Part shown: positions 42,601 through 54,686 of the stretch, piece after piece | Layout of the letters: each line of letters opens with the position of its first letter | How positions within the stretch are numbered: position 1 is the stretch's first letter | Assembly: GCF_003704095.1 (NCBI RefSeq) | Contig: NW_020845515.1 | Location: 62,001-126,000, forward strand | Length of the DNA stretch: 64,000 bases | Direction of reading: 5' to 3' | Source: Pocillopora damicornis | Taxonomy: Eukaryota | Program-made: the position numbers and the translations under genes | Notes under the pieces: model-generated | Told to the model about the DNA's origin: nothing | Database searches by the model: none | Seen by the model: the letters and a program-made list of their open reading frames with translations, nothing else

Positions 42601-43361
42601 AAAAACAACACCACAAAGAATAGGAAAACCGTCTGTGCTACTGAACAGAGCGGCAAACCACAAAGGGCATAACCACAGTAACAATTCGTTGTTTGAAAAC
42701 ATGCTGTTAAAGAGTTTTAACGGATAAACCGCACAGAGGCCATTTTCCTGTCACACCGGTCAATTTGCGATATCTGGGATATCAGTAACATCTTGAGTCG
42801 GCCTATGGACGGGAAAACTGCTCGTTGGCTAACAAGACTAAACAACAACTTAAAAAAGAGCGAAGTAAAATGAAGGGTTTGAAAACCTTTCAAAATCTGT
42901 GAACTAATTTAAGGAAAACTGTGAAATATTTCATCGTATTCCTCTGATCTGTGGTAAGTAATTATCTTATCGCACGGACGTGCAATAAGCAAACTTGAAC
43001 TGACCTTCCTGTCTTCGTGATTATCATTTCTGTACCTAGCCGATAGAAGCAGTTCCAAAGTTCCTTGCCTTCCAGTATGGCATTTGGTTTTAAAGTTTTA
43101 AGCTTCTTTCGTGGGACCGGTGAGTAGTGTTTTTCTCTTTCAGATAGCAGACTTTTCTCATCAGGCCTTGTCTCAAGTTCTTCTAAGAAACGCAAAATAT
43201 ATAAGCCGACTCAAAACGATTAAATCCTTAATACCTGTAGTCACTCTAGCGAAAGACACCTCTGATAACTTACCTTCATGGACGAGGGACGCGATCGAAA
43301 ACGCTCTGGCATTGTTCGACAAGTTGCCTGCTCTCTGGCTGCTGGAATGTTTTAGCGACAT
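36657..43361 (-). CDS. TBX20: T-box transcription factor, Tbx20 subfamily
   Basis: Exons 43274-43361, 43005-43182, 40001-40274, 37570-37725, 37100-37179, 36871-36980, plus an uncertain short last exon (~36657-36673 or ~36742-36767). eh1 motif ARAFSIASLV. T-box [81 protein letters not shown]..ERES. The HPDSPFTG and RDS..ERES motifs are Tbx20-type. Confidence 0.9.
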
Positions 43362-46300
43362 TTTGCCGGCCGAATGTTCACGAGACAAGCGTAATGTTGT
43401 ATACTTGTTTGAACCACGCATGCATAAGCTTATCAAGAACGTTGAGGCAATAAGTGAATTTTAGCTTCAGCAAACAATCAATTAAAACCTTTTAACACTG
43501 CGCCATGTCGTCGCCGACGACTAGCGAACTGTCCGATTGGTTCCACGTGACCGTGACACAGCGCAAATATTGTCAGGCGTCAATCATATTAGAAGCACGG
43601 GATTGAATAAAGTTCTGCGCCGTGTAATGCACGAAAGTTTGCGCTGGAAAGCGCTGTTCTGTTTGCAAAACTTTGTAACCAATATCTGACTCTTTCCAAT
43701 CAATCGCAAGGAAATTTTCGTAGCCAAGCCGACTTAAGTCACCGCATTTCCCTAGAGTTCTTCACGCTCAATTATCACTTAGAAATTCTCCAATAAACTT
43801 GCTTGCACTTTTAAAAGTTTTTCACTTGTTCTTCGTTCAGAGTGACAGCTTTTCATGTTTTTTTCACATACCGTGCGCATTTGAAAATTAATTGAAAACA
43901 AAGGAGGTGACCGAAAAAATAATCTGAATGCAGGAAGAGGTTTATTCTGAAAAATTTGTCATGCCACTTGCTCTTTTGTGAGGAAGTGAGAAATGCTTGC
44001 AGTGATGATATCACTCAGGTGCAGAAAACAGCGAGTGAGACAATTCCGTTTCAGCCAAGAAAAATTTATCGCTCATTTCTTGGGGGAACTCTATCTACTC
44101 GCGTCAATTTTACATCTTTTCATCGGCAGTAAGTGAATGTCGAAGGACCTAAGGGAGTTCTTTTAGTGAACTTGGCTTTGACAGAAGTGCCTTAATGTTC
44201 AGAGATCGATGGCGCCAGTTGGTCAACTCCAATATTCGTCTTTCTACAATCAAATCATTGATGGTGATGAGATAATTAGTGTGATAAATGCGGCGGGTAC
44301 CACTACTGCGAACCGAGAAAACTTGGGATATCTTTTCGCTTCTCTCACTTAATCAATAAGTCTTTGATTTTGTAAAAAATGGAGAAAAACCGAAATAAAT
44401 CAGGGCATTCGTTGTTAAATTTGGAGTGAGAACGTGGAGCTTTCGTAAACCATTTGTGTGCACCAAGTGGTCCGAGTAAACCATTTAATTGCAAAACAAA
44501 CCCTTTCAAAGCATGATAAACCATTTCAAGACAGCAGGGGTCATCGATTACAGCTCAGCATGATCAGTAGGAAGCAATGTGTAGGAAAGTAACTAGACAC
44601 TTTAAAAGCGCAAGAACAAACTGATAACCGCCTAAAAATTTTGTGTCAGCATTGGATGCTAAACGTCGAGATGATCTAAGTGTTGCGCCGAAAACATTAA
44701 CAACTCATCCATCCCTCAGCTTAATTATCAATTGCTCCGTTGAAGCTTTTAGCGAAAAATCCGCGAGAAAAAAAGCCACAGGAATTCGGTACCATTCGCT
44801 TCTGATAAAACGCCTACTCTGTAATACTATCGAGCCATCAAAAAACACGACCCTCCCACTTGAACTGATCACAAAACCTCTCTCTTGAAAAGTTATCTAC
44901 TGTGCTCAAGTTATCGCGGTCATTATTTTATCACACCGAAAAACTAAAAACTGTAAAAGATTTGATTTCAATCAGATCTTTTGCAATATGTGTTTCACTC
45001 GAACTCTCAAGTCGTCTTTTACATTTCCTCTTAATTACCATTAATCGACATTTCCTGTAAAAACAATCTTGAGGATTTAGCGACAAAGAGGTATTTCCTG
45101 TTGTTTTGGTGGGTTGTTCTGTTTGTTGACGACAGCATTCTTTAAAAATGATTTGTGTTCTAATGACTACACATTTACGCCAACAAGCCCTTGGACTCCT
45201 CACGTAGCCATTCAAACATCTTCATGGGAAGTTTTCCCACGCCGTAATTAAAGAAAACAAAATTACAATTGATCACCTTGTGTGATGTTTACCGACACTG
45301 TTTGAGATAATTTTGTCATTGAACCTCAGCAACAACGCATAAGTGAGACATCGAGCATGTTTCATTCCTTTCGTTTTCAAGATCACATATCAATTCTCCT
45401 TACACTCTGCTATACATTTCTCTTTATTTTACCTCGAAGAATTTGGTGAAAAATCAAACAATGTCTACGTGGTGAAATTTTTCTTAGTTCTCGTCACCTT
45501 TCTGCAAGACGATGTATTGATAATTTAGGGAGAAATTACACATTGATCACCTATAGCTACAATAAAAAGTGATAATTGGGAAGAATCGGGCGTTAAACTG
45601 GCAGCGTCTCGACGAAGGAAATTTAACTTTTGATGAGCCTCGATGATGATGCAATCGAACAATGTAATTGGTAACGCCTAACGGCAGTCCACGTAGTTAG
45701 AAATGTCGTTGGCAGCTTCTGTGGGGCGAAAGAACTGCGGAATACGCCGGTGAAAATATTAGTGCTCGAGTTGTAACATGAATGAAGAATTCTGTAGGAT
45801 AATTGAACATCTCCTATCCCGTTTCGGCTCTAGCCCGGCGATTCTTGATCCGTTTTGACAAATTCGTTACGTTAACTGCAAACATCGAGAGAAATGGCCG
45901 AAGCTGGTTGGTGAAACAGTCACCTGGCTAGCAACAAAAAGCCAAAGGCATGAAATATCCATTTTTTTTAAGAGCATTTGACAAAGTGCTTCACGCTTTT
46001 GAAGAAGAGAGACTAGGAGCAACTAAGCGATGATGATGACTTTCACGAACGTGATCTCTCGAGATCACGAGTGCTGCGTTACGAGAATCCGTGAAAGAGT
46101 TAATGGCCTTATTTTGACATTCTTTTCAATCAGAAGCTTTAACAAACTCATTTCACAAGTTCACCCAAGAATCTTGTGACATTGGTCTGTCGTTTTAGCT
46201 GGCAACCATATGGGACACGCCATACAAGTGTTTTGCTGGAGAGAAGTGGTTTGAATAGGTAATGATCAACCATCTGAGACACAAGCACAATGAAACGCTA

Positions 46301-48922
46301 AAAGACGCGAGTTGAAGAAAAATTATTTCGCTGCGTTTCCTCTGATCACCGTTTCTGGAGTGATAGAGACTGGCTTAGAAAACAAACAGCAAACAGACGC
46401 ATCCGTTCTAAAATCAGTCGATTCAATCTTTTTACAGTATGAATTTTTAGCGCAAACCTCAGTTCGCGTAACAATTTCAAATTCCAAGTTATGATACACG
46501 ATGTCTCTCCACTTAAGTTATAAACACAACAACTTTCTTTTTCATTTTATTTTCAGTCCAGTTTGTTATTTATAACAAACCGCTGCTTAAAAGATTTGGC
46601 TTAACAATGGATCGCGTGCAGATTAGTATCGCGCGCAATTTACAACATAATTAAAATTGAATGAGCGATGACAAGCAACAAAAAATACAAAAGAATTTTT
46701 CATCCTCAGAAAAAAAAAAAAAGAAAAAAGAAAAGATAGTAAAGACAAAGAGCCAAGACCTTAGATTAAAAAAATAAATCATGCAAGCTCTGTTCGAGAT
46801 TAGATCAACCTTTAAATTACTAAAGAACGAAAATGTTCTATAGAAAAATCAACTTATCTGGAGTAGTAAATGTCGCCTTACATGTGACGGGCAATACAAC
46901 TAATGGCAATAACTCAACTACACTCCCGAAATTTTATCCCAACAAACTTTAACTACAACTGTATATACTTGAAGTCAAACTCAAAGCAAGAAAAAGGTGA
47001 CACTTTTAAGGATCCTGATTATCATTACAACACATATCAGAATAATGAATGTTCACAGAAAACGTGTGGCGGGGTTCATCAAAAAGACCAAAGAGGATCT
47101 CCTTCATCGTCGCCTTCAAGTCTAACAGAGACAATGGCCATTAAGTCCATAAAATATGAAAATAAAAGCTACTGACTGTCACCTTGGTAGGAATCTACGT
47201 AACGAGTAAAATCATTGAGTTTAAAGGCGCACGGTCGCTAAAAAAAATCTGTTATCGACTCCTGAATATTTACAGTTTTAAGTTACATCGCACTATAGTC
47301 ACGGTTTTTTTGCCATCAAACCTTCACTTATGACAGTGGGCTAAAAGTGTTGAGTTCGCCCATTTGTGGAGTGGAAGAAATTTAGGTAAGAAGGAAAAGT
47401 CATTTTCAAATTCGCATGGAGATACTTCAAAAATTATTTTGACAAAGTAGGTTTTTTTCCCCTCTAAGTTTAGCGGAGTTTCAAAGCCCTGACCGTCTCC
47501 AGCAAGCTGGGATTTTTTATAAACTACAGTGTTGTTTTTATTCAGCGCGAAATTTGGGAACAAACCTGGATGCTTATCCGTAATTGATAAAAAATTTACC
47601 ACGGGTAAAACGTACGCTTATGGAAAATAGGGGTGGATAATGCCTAGTAATACGACTCATTCAAGATCTTCCTGTTTACGTTTGGTGTGGATCTCTGCTA
47701 CTTTAGCGCACATTAACCCATACAAATGGTCCTTGTGAAGTTTTCCGTATTGGCTAATCTTATTCTCACGGTAAAGTTATCCTTGCATAAAATACCGTGT
47801 TTATAAATGAAACATAAGTGTTAAAAACTTGTCCAAGAATGAATAATTCTGCGATTGAATGACATAATGAGATGGAACAAAGTGAACGAAAACATACTTC
47901 GAATATTTAATTACCTAGCGAAGTTTGTCGTCAATAGTTGTCATTGTTTATTTCGCTACAATGAAAACATTTTTTCATGTCTTTAAAAAGAAAAAAAGAT
48001 AGACACCTTAAAAAACAGTGTTATCGCGTGGGAAAATGTTCCTCTGTTGAAAGCGGAACTGCGACCCAAAAATAGCTCTTACTTCATTAAAATCTTTCCG
48101 CCTTTACTAATTTCGAGGAAAGCCGCCACATCGGTCCCCCATTTCGTTAGACAATGAGGTTAAAAGTCTGCGCATGAGTAAACGTTAAGGAAGTCCAGGC
48201 TATGAGACCCAAGTTGCCTTGCACGAGTTACAGACACGGTCACGGTGTTTTAAAATATAAAGCTCAAAATTAAATGTTAAATCAACAGCGAGCGAAATCA
48301 AACAAGCTTTGCGTTCAAGTCTCAAGTTTTCCTTTTTCGATTGTTTTCGTTCAAAGCTATCTATGAACGTTTAAATTTGTTACGCGTATTTTCCGTGAAA
48401 GCTGCTGCTTCTTATGATTCCATTTATTATTTTGCGCGGGAAATTGGCGCACGGCCGGCAAAAAAATTGATCCCCTTACGCGTGCCCGGCATAGCAAGGC
48501 GAGTGAATACGACATGTTAAGAAGGAAAGCATTTCGCTTTTCTTGTCTCTTGCTGTATATTGCTTGCTCACCGTTTCAATCGTCCTCACTATGAACCTAA
48601 TACAGGTGCAATGCACTTAAATTCTCAGACGCAAAATACAAGTTTCCTCCAAGGGTGTCAGACAAACTTGGCCCTCTCTCTCTCTCCCTCCCAATCTTCC
48701 CACCAAATGAGTCCAATTTGGGTTTTAAACCATTTTGAGGTGGAACAAAAGAAAGTATTATTCGACCAGTTACTTGTTGGCAACGACATGAGCTTATGAG
48801 AACATCAAACATTCAACGCATGATTTTTTTCTTTCAGAATTTTTTATTGGCGAGTGGAGCGTTTCGGCGAGAGAAAAGATTTCCATTATTCATTGTATGG
48901 ATATAAAAACTACATATAAGCT

Positions 48923-51900
48923 TTAGCTACTATTATCAGAAAATAATTTTCTCATTTGAACACAAAAGTGATACAGAGGAAATCCCATGACATTGAAGTA
49001 GTCGCCATGTATAGACTTGACCAGTGTGCCACCAATTCCCTGAATACCATATTTAACTGATGTTAAGGAAAACAGTGAGATTTTCAAAGCACATGCACCG
49101 AGCAATTTTCGACAGTGTCGAAAGCATCCCAGTATAGCTTTGGTTTTTACTTCAATACGCTTTGTGATTGGTCAAGAAAAAACTCTCACCAACCTCTGTA
49201 AAAACTAAAGCCAATCGTAACTTAGTCACTCGCGCTTTCCCGTGCTGAAGGAATCTTGCCTGTTTTAACATTTATTTCTTATTGGCCGCGAAAATCAATG
49301 AAGAAAATAGTACAAATAAAACACGGAAAGTTTCAAATTTACTCTGATAGAAGAAAAATGGAGTGGCCTTAGTCCCAGAGGCAGGGCTTCTGGGTTGCAA
49401 GACTCAGAGCCTCAGCGACTCAAACACCCAGCCTCCTATCTAACGAGCGGGGAAAGAAAAAGAAAGAAAACGGCCCGTTCTAGCCCTTAGTTTTGGTGCA
49501 ACGCCAATCTTCTTCACTGGCTCGCCAACAAAACAAGGACTGCTATATAAACAGTCCTATATAAACAGTCTGAGAGCACATGCGCAAGGATCTGTGCCCT
49601 GTTATTATTATTACAGTATATTCAAGGATATGATCCGGCCTTGTCCCTGAGAAGAAAAAAAAACCTTTGTGGAAACTTTCAAAGCTGAAGACGGACCGAG
49701 ACCGAGGCATTGCCTCGCTGCAGGTTCACCCCCAACTTATTTTACTACACATGATGGCAAGTTCGCCTGAAAAAATCTGTTGCCTCGTTTCCTTATGGCA
49801 AAACAGTTTCTTTATCACCAAATTAGCAAGCATTTGATGCAGGTGAAAAATTTACACATACATGAATACATACAGTTAAATCTAAAAATTAAAACAAAAA
49901 ACAAAAAAAAAACAGACAAATTCACCAAGAACTCACATTGGCTCTCCAGTTGCAATATATGCCTGGATCACTTCATCTGTTAATGTTCCAAATGACACCA
50001 ATGTCTCCTCATAAAACTGGGTTATGCAGGGTTCTTTAAGCCAATAAAAGACAAGAAGTTAATTTTCTCATAAGGTACTAATCTGCTCAACTATCTTAAG
50101 ATTAAATTCATCTATCAACAACTTCCTGAAAATCACTCCAAGAGGAGAAATTTAGTTAATTAGTTTAATTCTATATTCAATATTATGTTAATGAATTTAC
50201 TTCCGATCAGTCTATGATTATGAAAAGAGGATTAAAATTTGATGCAGTTTAGCAAGTTTAATTTTGACTGTTTCAGGAAGTTTTTGCATTTTGATTTCCA
50301 TTTGAAGAATACCCCACACTCCACATGGACCTCACTGATCCTCAGGAATGGTGCAAGACAACTAAAATGGAGAATTTGGTCTTGGATCTGGTTAACCCTT
50401 TAACTCCCAAGATCTCATTTGTATTTCTCCTTACTGTCAGCCATACAATTCATATGATGTAAGTTTGGAGAATTTGGAATTGGATCAACTAATAATCCCC
50501 TAATTGATATTTTTCTCTATTCTCTTTACTTGTCTGCTTGATATTGTACTTATAGCATAAGGAGAAATTCTGTCTTGGTCACTAGTGGGACTTATAGGGT
50601 TAAACTCCTTCTACGTTCAAATTTTTTATTTTTTTTGCCATTATGTAAGGGCCTTTTCCTCTTTTAAAAACATTTTTGTTGGGAAGCGAGCCCCAAGATT
50701 TTGAGTCAAAAGCCGCAAAGGGGAAATGAACAATTTTGGATAGCCTTACCCATGAAACAACTATCACAGTGCCACACTACTATAGTGATATATTTCACAG
50801 ATAATTGTATAAATACCTTTGGCACCCTCTCTTTGTAAAAGAGTAACCCCACTGAATACTGCATGATCCTTACCACTCAAACTGAAAAAATATGCCCATA
50901 CAGTTGTTATGAAAATACCACCACAAGATCAGAAAAATCAAGTTGGATCAGTAGATGCACCTACACATGTCTTTGAGTGCTTATTATGTTAAATGTAAAC
51001 ACAAATGTTAAGTATTCTTCATGCTTATTTCACATAAACATTTGACATGTACGCCAAATTTTCCATGTGGAGGAGAAGTGGAAAGTTTTTTAAAAGTCTG
51101 ACACACATTGATTTTATTTGATTTTCAAACAGCTCTACATTTACACAGAGAAATAAAAAGATTTGCAGCTTAAGACTAATGCACATCCATTTAAACCCAG
51201 ACCTCCTGTGGGGCACCTCAGACAAGAAAATAATCATGAACTTATTCACCTTTTTAACATTGAATATGCATTTTCCTTGTCTTTTGGTTTTTCAAGAATA
51301 ACTTCATCTAAGACCTGCCAATGCAAAAAAGTTATTGATGCAATTATGGTTTTCAAGAAAAAGAAGACTATGGGATGTACCTAATGTGCTGATGGAAGAG
51401 TAACTAAAAACCATCATTCCTTCCTGATGCAGATTTTTCTGCAAATAGTCCTTCAAGAAAAATTGACATAAATGTAAGCTCTACTTACAACAACCGTATC
51501 AGATCCAATGATCAAGGTGAGTTTATCACTCTGGAAAGTAAGCAAATCTTAATTAACCCTTTGACAAGCATTAAGTTTCTCCGTAAAATGTCGCCCCAAA
51601 ATCACTGCTTAAAGTCAAGAGTATAAAGAAAATGATCACCAACTAGTGAAGCTCTTGATTGTGAAGCAAATTCTCCTTTCCAGTACATTAGGAAATATAT
51701 ATAGAGCAGTAAGGAGAATATGCATACTGACATTAGGGTGTAAAGGGTTAAGGGATAGCCAAGAGCAACTCTAGTTTCCTGGGCACCTCTGATTTATTTT
51801 TTATCTCGAAAAACACACAAATCACACAGGAGTCAATTTTTTTATCAACAGAGCAGTTTTACTGAAAATGAAACTCGCTACTGCAAATGAATTGAATAAC

Positions 51901-52414
51901 AAGCATTTCTTAGTAACTTTATAGTGTTACTTTTTTTATCCCCAGCTAAATTGCATGGGAAGGGTCTGGTAAAAATCACTAAAATCAATGATTAAGAAAT
52001 TAATTAAAAGATTGACCTTATTATGGATCGACATAGGATATCTTAAAAGTTCTTCTCCAGTGACCTCCAGTAGAGCCAAAATATTACATTTAAGGCACTT
52101 ACCTTATTGACTCGCCCAGCCACCTCTAGTGCTTTTTGTCTCGAATTCTCCAAGACATATTCAAAAGGATACTTAAAAGCGGTTTTGTCAAGTGTTTCTT
52201 CAAATCTGGATGGAACAACTTCAAACTTCAAGCCCTGAATTTCGAATAGGAAAATCTATGAGGAATTTATCGCTCACTACAACAAAAATATATCTAAACC
52301 TTGCAAGAATACTCAAAATTTTACAATTTTTCGCAGGATCTCGCATCTCCTCGGTGAACTACTCGCTAGAATGACTCTTTGCGCGGATAAAACCTCTAAA
52401 AGTGGCTCCAACAT
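48923..52414 (-). CDS. Maf-family nucleoside triphosphate (dTTP/UTP) pyrophosphatase; homolog of the ASMTL N-terminal domain, no methyltransferase domain
   Basis: Exons 52325-52414, 52103-52234, 51489-51530, 51250-51314, 50817-50881, 49937-50033, 49632-49646, 48923-49052. Motifs: [61 protein letters not shown]. Confidence 0.92.
49053..49631 (-). other. U12-type (minor spliceosome) intron with AT-AA termini
   Basis: 5' end ATATCCTTG at 49631. Branch site TTCCTTAAC at 49062-49070, followed by 9 nt to the junction. Removing this intron restores DKAGS|YGIQG. Confidence 0.85.
50396..50599. mobile_element. TTAA-flanked piggyBac-type MITE
   Basis: TTAA|CCCTTTAACTCCC...GGGACTTATAGGG|TTAA. Near-identical to 3462-3664. 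Confidence 0.8.
51557..51747. mobile_element. TTAA-flanked piggyBac-type MITE (different subfamily)
   Basis: TTAA|CCCTTTGAC...GTAAAGGG|TTAA. The 3' half matches 1427-1510. Confidence 0.75.
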
Positions 52415-53548
52415 ACTGGCGATGAAAATTACCAGGCGCGCTCGAGAACAACAGAAAAGCTTGGCTACTAAGTTTGGCGGGAAGTAGTTGTTACTGGAGT
52501 CCAGTCTACTAATAAAGTGGTGATGGAAAATAAAATTAATATTTTTGTCTTTAATTCATTATATCATCTGATATTCTATCATGTCAAGAAGATTTATTTG
52601 AAATGATTTATTTTTACCCTTCCGTTCCAAAGAATGAGAGCAAGTCTAATGAATGTAAGCTACGGTTTGTCCATGCTGGTGTCCCCAATATGTCTGTCAC
52701 GCAAAAACCGCATTGGACTTTGGCCAAACTTTGTGCTAAACGAAGCTATAGAGTAAAACGACATTAATCTTTTTTCTGATCTATATTTATTCCCTGCCCA
52801 CTCAAAAATCTGACAAATGCGAGTCATGTGAGCTGGGTGAGAAATTCTTTTAACTTCTTCAAACGACTAGAATTTGGTTACAGAAACGAATATAAAAAAA
52901 TATTTCATGTAACCATTTCAGCTAAAAGGTTTTTTTTTTGCGACGAAATCAACCCCAACAAACCTCAAACATAGTTTTTTTTAATGATAGTGCGGGTAAT
53001 AATAATTAGAAAAGATCTTGACGCTAATTCATTATAGTTCAAATTCAAATCTGAACTTAAGTATGGGAGTTTTTTCAAGGGTGTTCTCCTGTTTGTATTT
53101 AACTTGACTTCCAATACCTTCATTTTGGCTCCTTTTTTCCGTTTCTCAGCGTCCAGTAATTATTCACCTTGACTTTAAATTCTGGATCCCAGCCATGTTC
53201 CGTAATTGACTTATAAATAACTTTGAGTTTATCCCCAAACCGGAAACCATAACTGTTTCCGGTATTATTTCGAGAGTGATTGACATGTATCAAAGCGCAG
53301 TTGTGAGAATTCGTTTCGCTGTATATCATGGGATTGCGCCGACAAGCACCTACGGGTCATTGATGAAATGAAAACATTGTGAATTGTTTTGAAGAATCTT
53401 AATATTGCCGTAGTGTTATGTTTATGGTGAAAAAAGAAACCTTCAAGAAGATATTCTGCACAGAGTTTAGCAAAATGTCGTTGTGCTGTGATTTTTCACG
53501 AGAATACAAAGGAAAATTAGAATCGGTCATTAATGACATTAAAAATGG

Positions 53549-53980
53549 AGGTGTGATTTGACGTTTTCCACGCATAACTCTATTGTGCCCTAATGTAGTT
53601 TTCGTGAAAAGTTGCCTAATCCTCACCAAAGAAAACCTCTGAGGCGGCGTATTTTAATGTAAGTTTTCTAGATATTACATGCAAAATTAGCTTGGTGTAG
53701 TTTTGTTTGACATCGCTCGACATTGATTACGGGGCGTTACGATTTATCAGTAGACAAGCAAGTAAACACGTCAATTAATGTTCATGTGTTTATTTGGAAA
53801 AAACGAATAACACTTGAGATGTTCGTATTTACTTGAACTTAAGTCAAAATGTTATGGAAATTTCTCAGTTAACAGGTGTGATCCCTATTAAGTTTTTTCA
53901 AACAGACCGTGGTTATCTGTAATTCCACGTTTTTAAAGCTCTGTAATTGGATGATAAGTGTTAGGTAATGCGTTGATAAA
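53549..53980 (+). promoter_or_regulatory. Putative Hand proximal enhancer/promoter with T-box, GATA and Fox motifs
   Basis: AGGTGTGA at 53549-53556 and 53874-53881. WGATAA at 53744-53749(-), 53913-53918(-), 53952-53957 and 53974-53979. Forkhead-like GTAAACA at 53762-53768 and TGTTTAT at ~53787. Confidence 0.45.
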
Positions 53981-54137
53981 CTTCCGTCATCTAGTTTGAG
54001 ACGCAGTTGGGTTGCGTTTCGCAGCTGCGAAATCCGTAGCTATTTGTTCACTGTGGAAGAGGTTTCAAAGTCCTCGCGAAGTATCTATTGATTGCAGAAC
54101 CGTTCCTTACCAGAAGAGCTATCATTTTCATCGTAAA

Positions 54138-54686
54138 ATGGAGCAACCCTTGAAAGAAGAGAAGTCAAAGAGCGAGTCGTGTGATCAACCGAGTTCGTCA
54201 GCTCCCGACACAGGCAGCTCTGAGTTTCCTCGCGGCTCCGCAAATCGTAAAGAAAGAAAACGCACTCTTACAATGAACACAGCATTTGCTGAGCTTCGGG
54301 ATCATATCCCAAACGTCCCCCCAGACACGAAGCTTTCGAAAATCAAAACACTCAGGCTTGCCATTAGCTACATCAAGTTTCTGATGGAAATTCTCGAGGA
54401 GAGCAATGAAGGGAAGACGAGCCGAAGTCATCGCAACTTTGTAGCGGATTTATCGTTTCAAAATGAGGGCCGAGAGAAGAGAAAAAGAGAAAATAATGTA
54501 AGTAAAATTATCTTTGTTTGGTAACTAACATTTGCGTAGCCTACGATATGCAGTTCCCTTCGCATGTTGTTGCTTTATTCGATGTTCTTTATTCAACAGC
54601 TTGCCAGCCAAAATGATTCTACTCAGAGAAAGAGAGGTCGAACGGGATGGCCGCAGTATGTATGGGCAATGGAGCTGAGGAACTAA
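54138..54686 (+). CDS. HAND: Heart- and neural crest derivatives-expressed (Hand) bHLH transcription factor
   Basis: Exon 54138-54497 has the b[53 protein letters not shown]. Exon 54600-54686 has the diagnostic Hand C-terminal motif [19 protein letters not shown] intron. Confidence 0.95.

Noticed and set aside
54012-54137. N-terminal extension of Hand in the ORF track
   Set aside because: It starts at a non-ATG codon. The first in-frame ATG is at 54138 (AAAATGG context).
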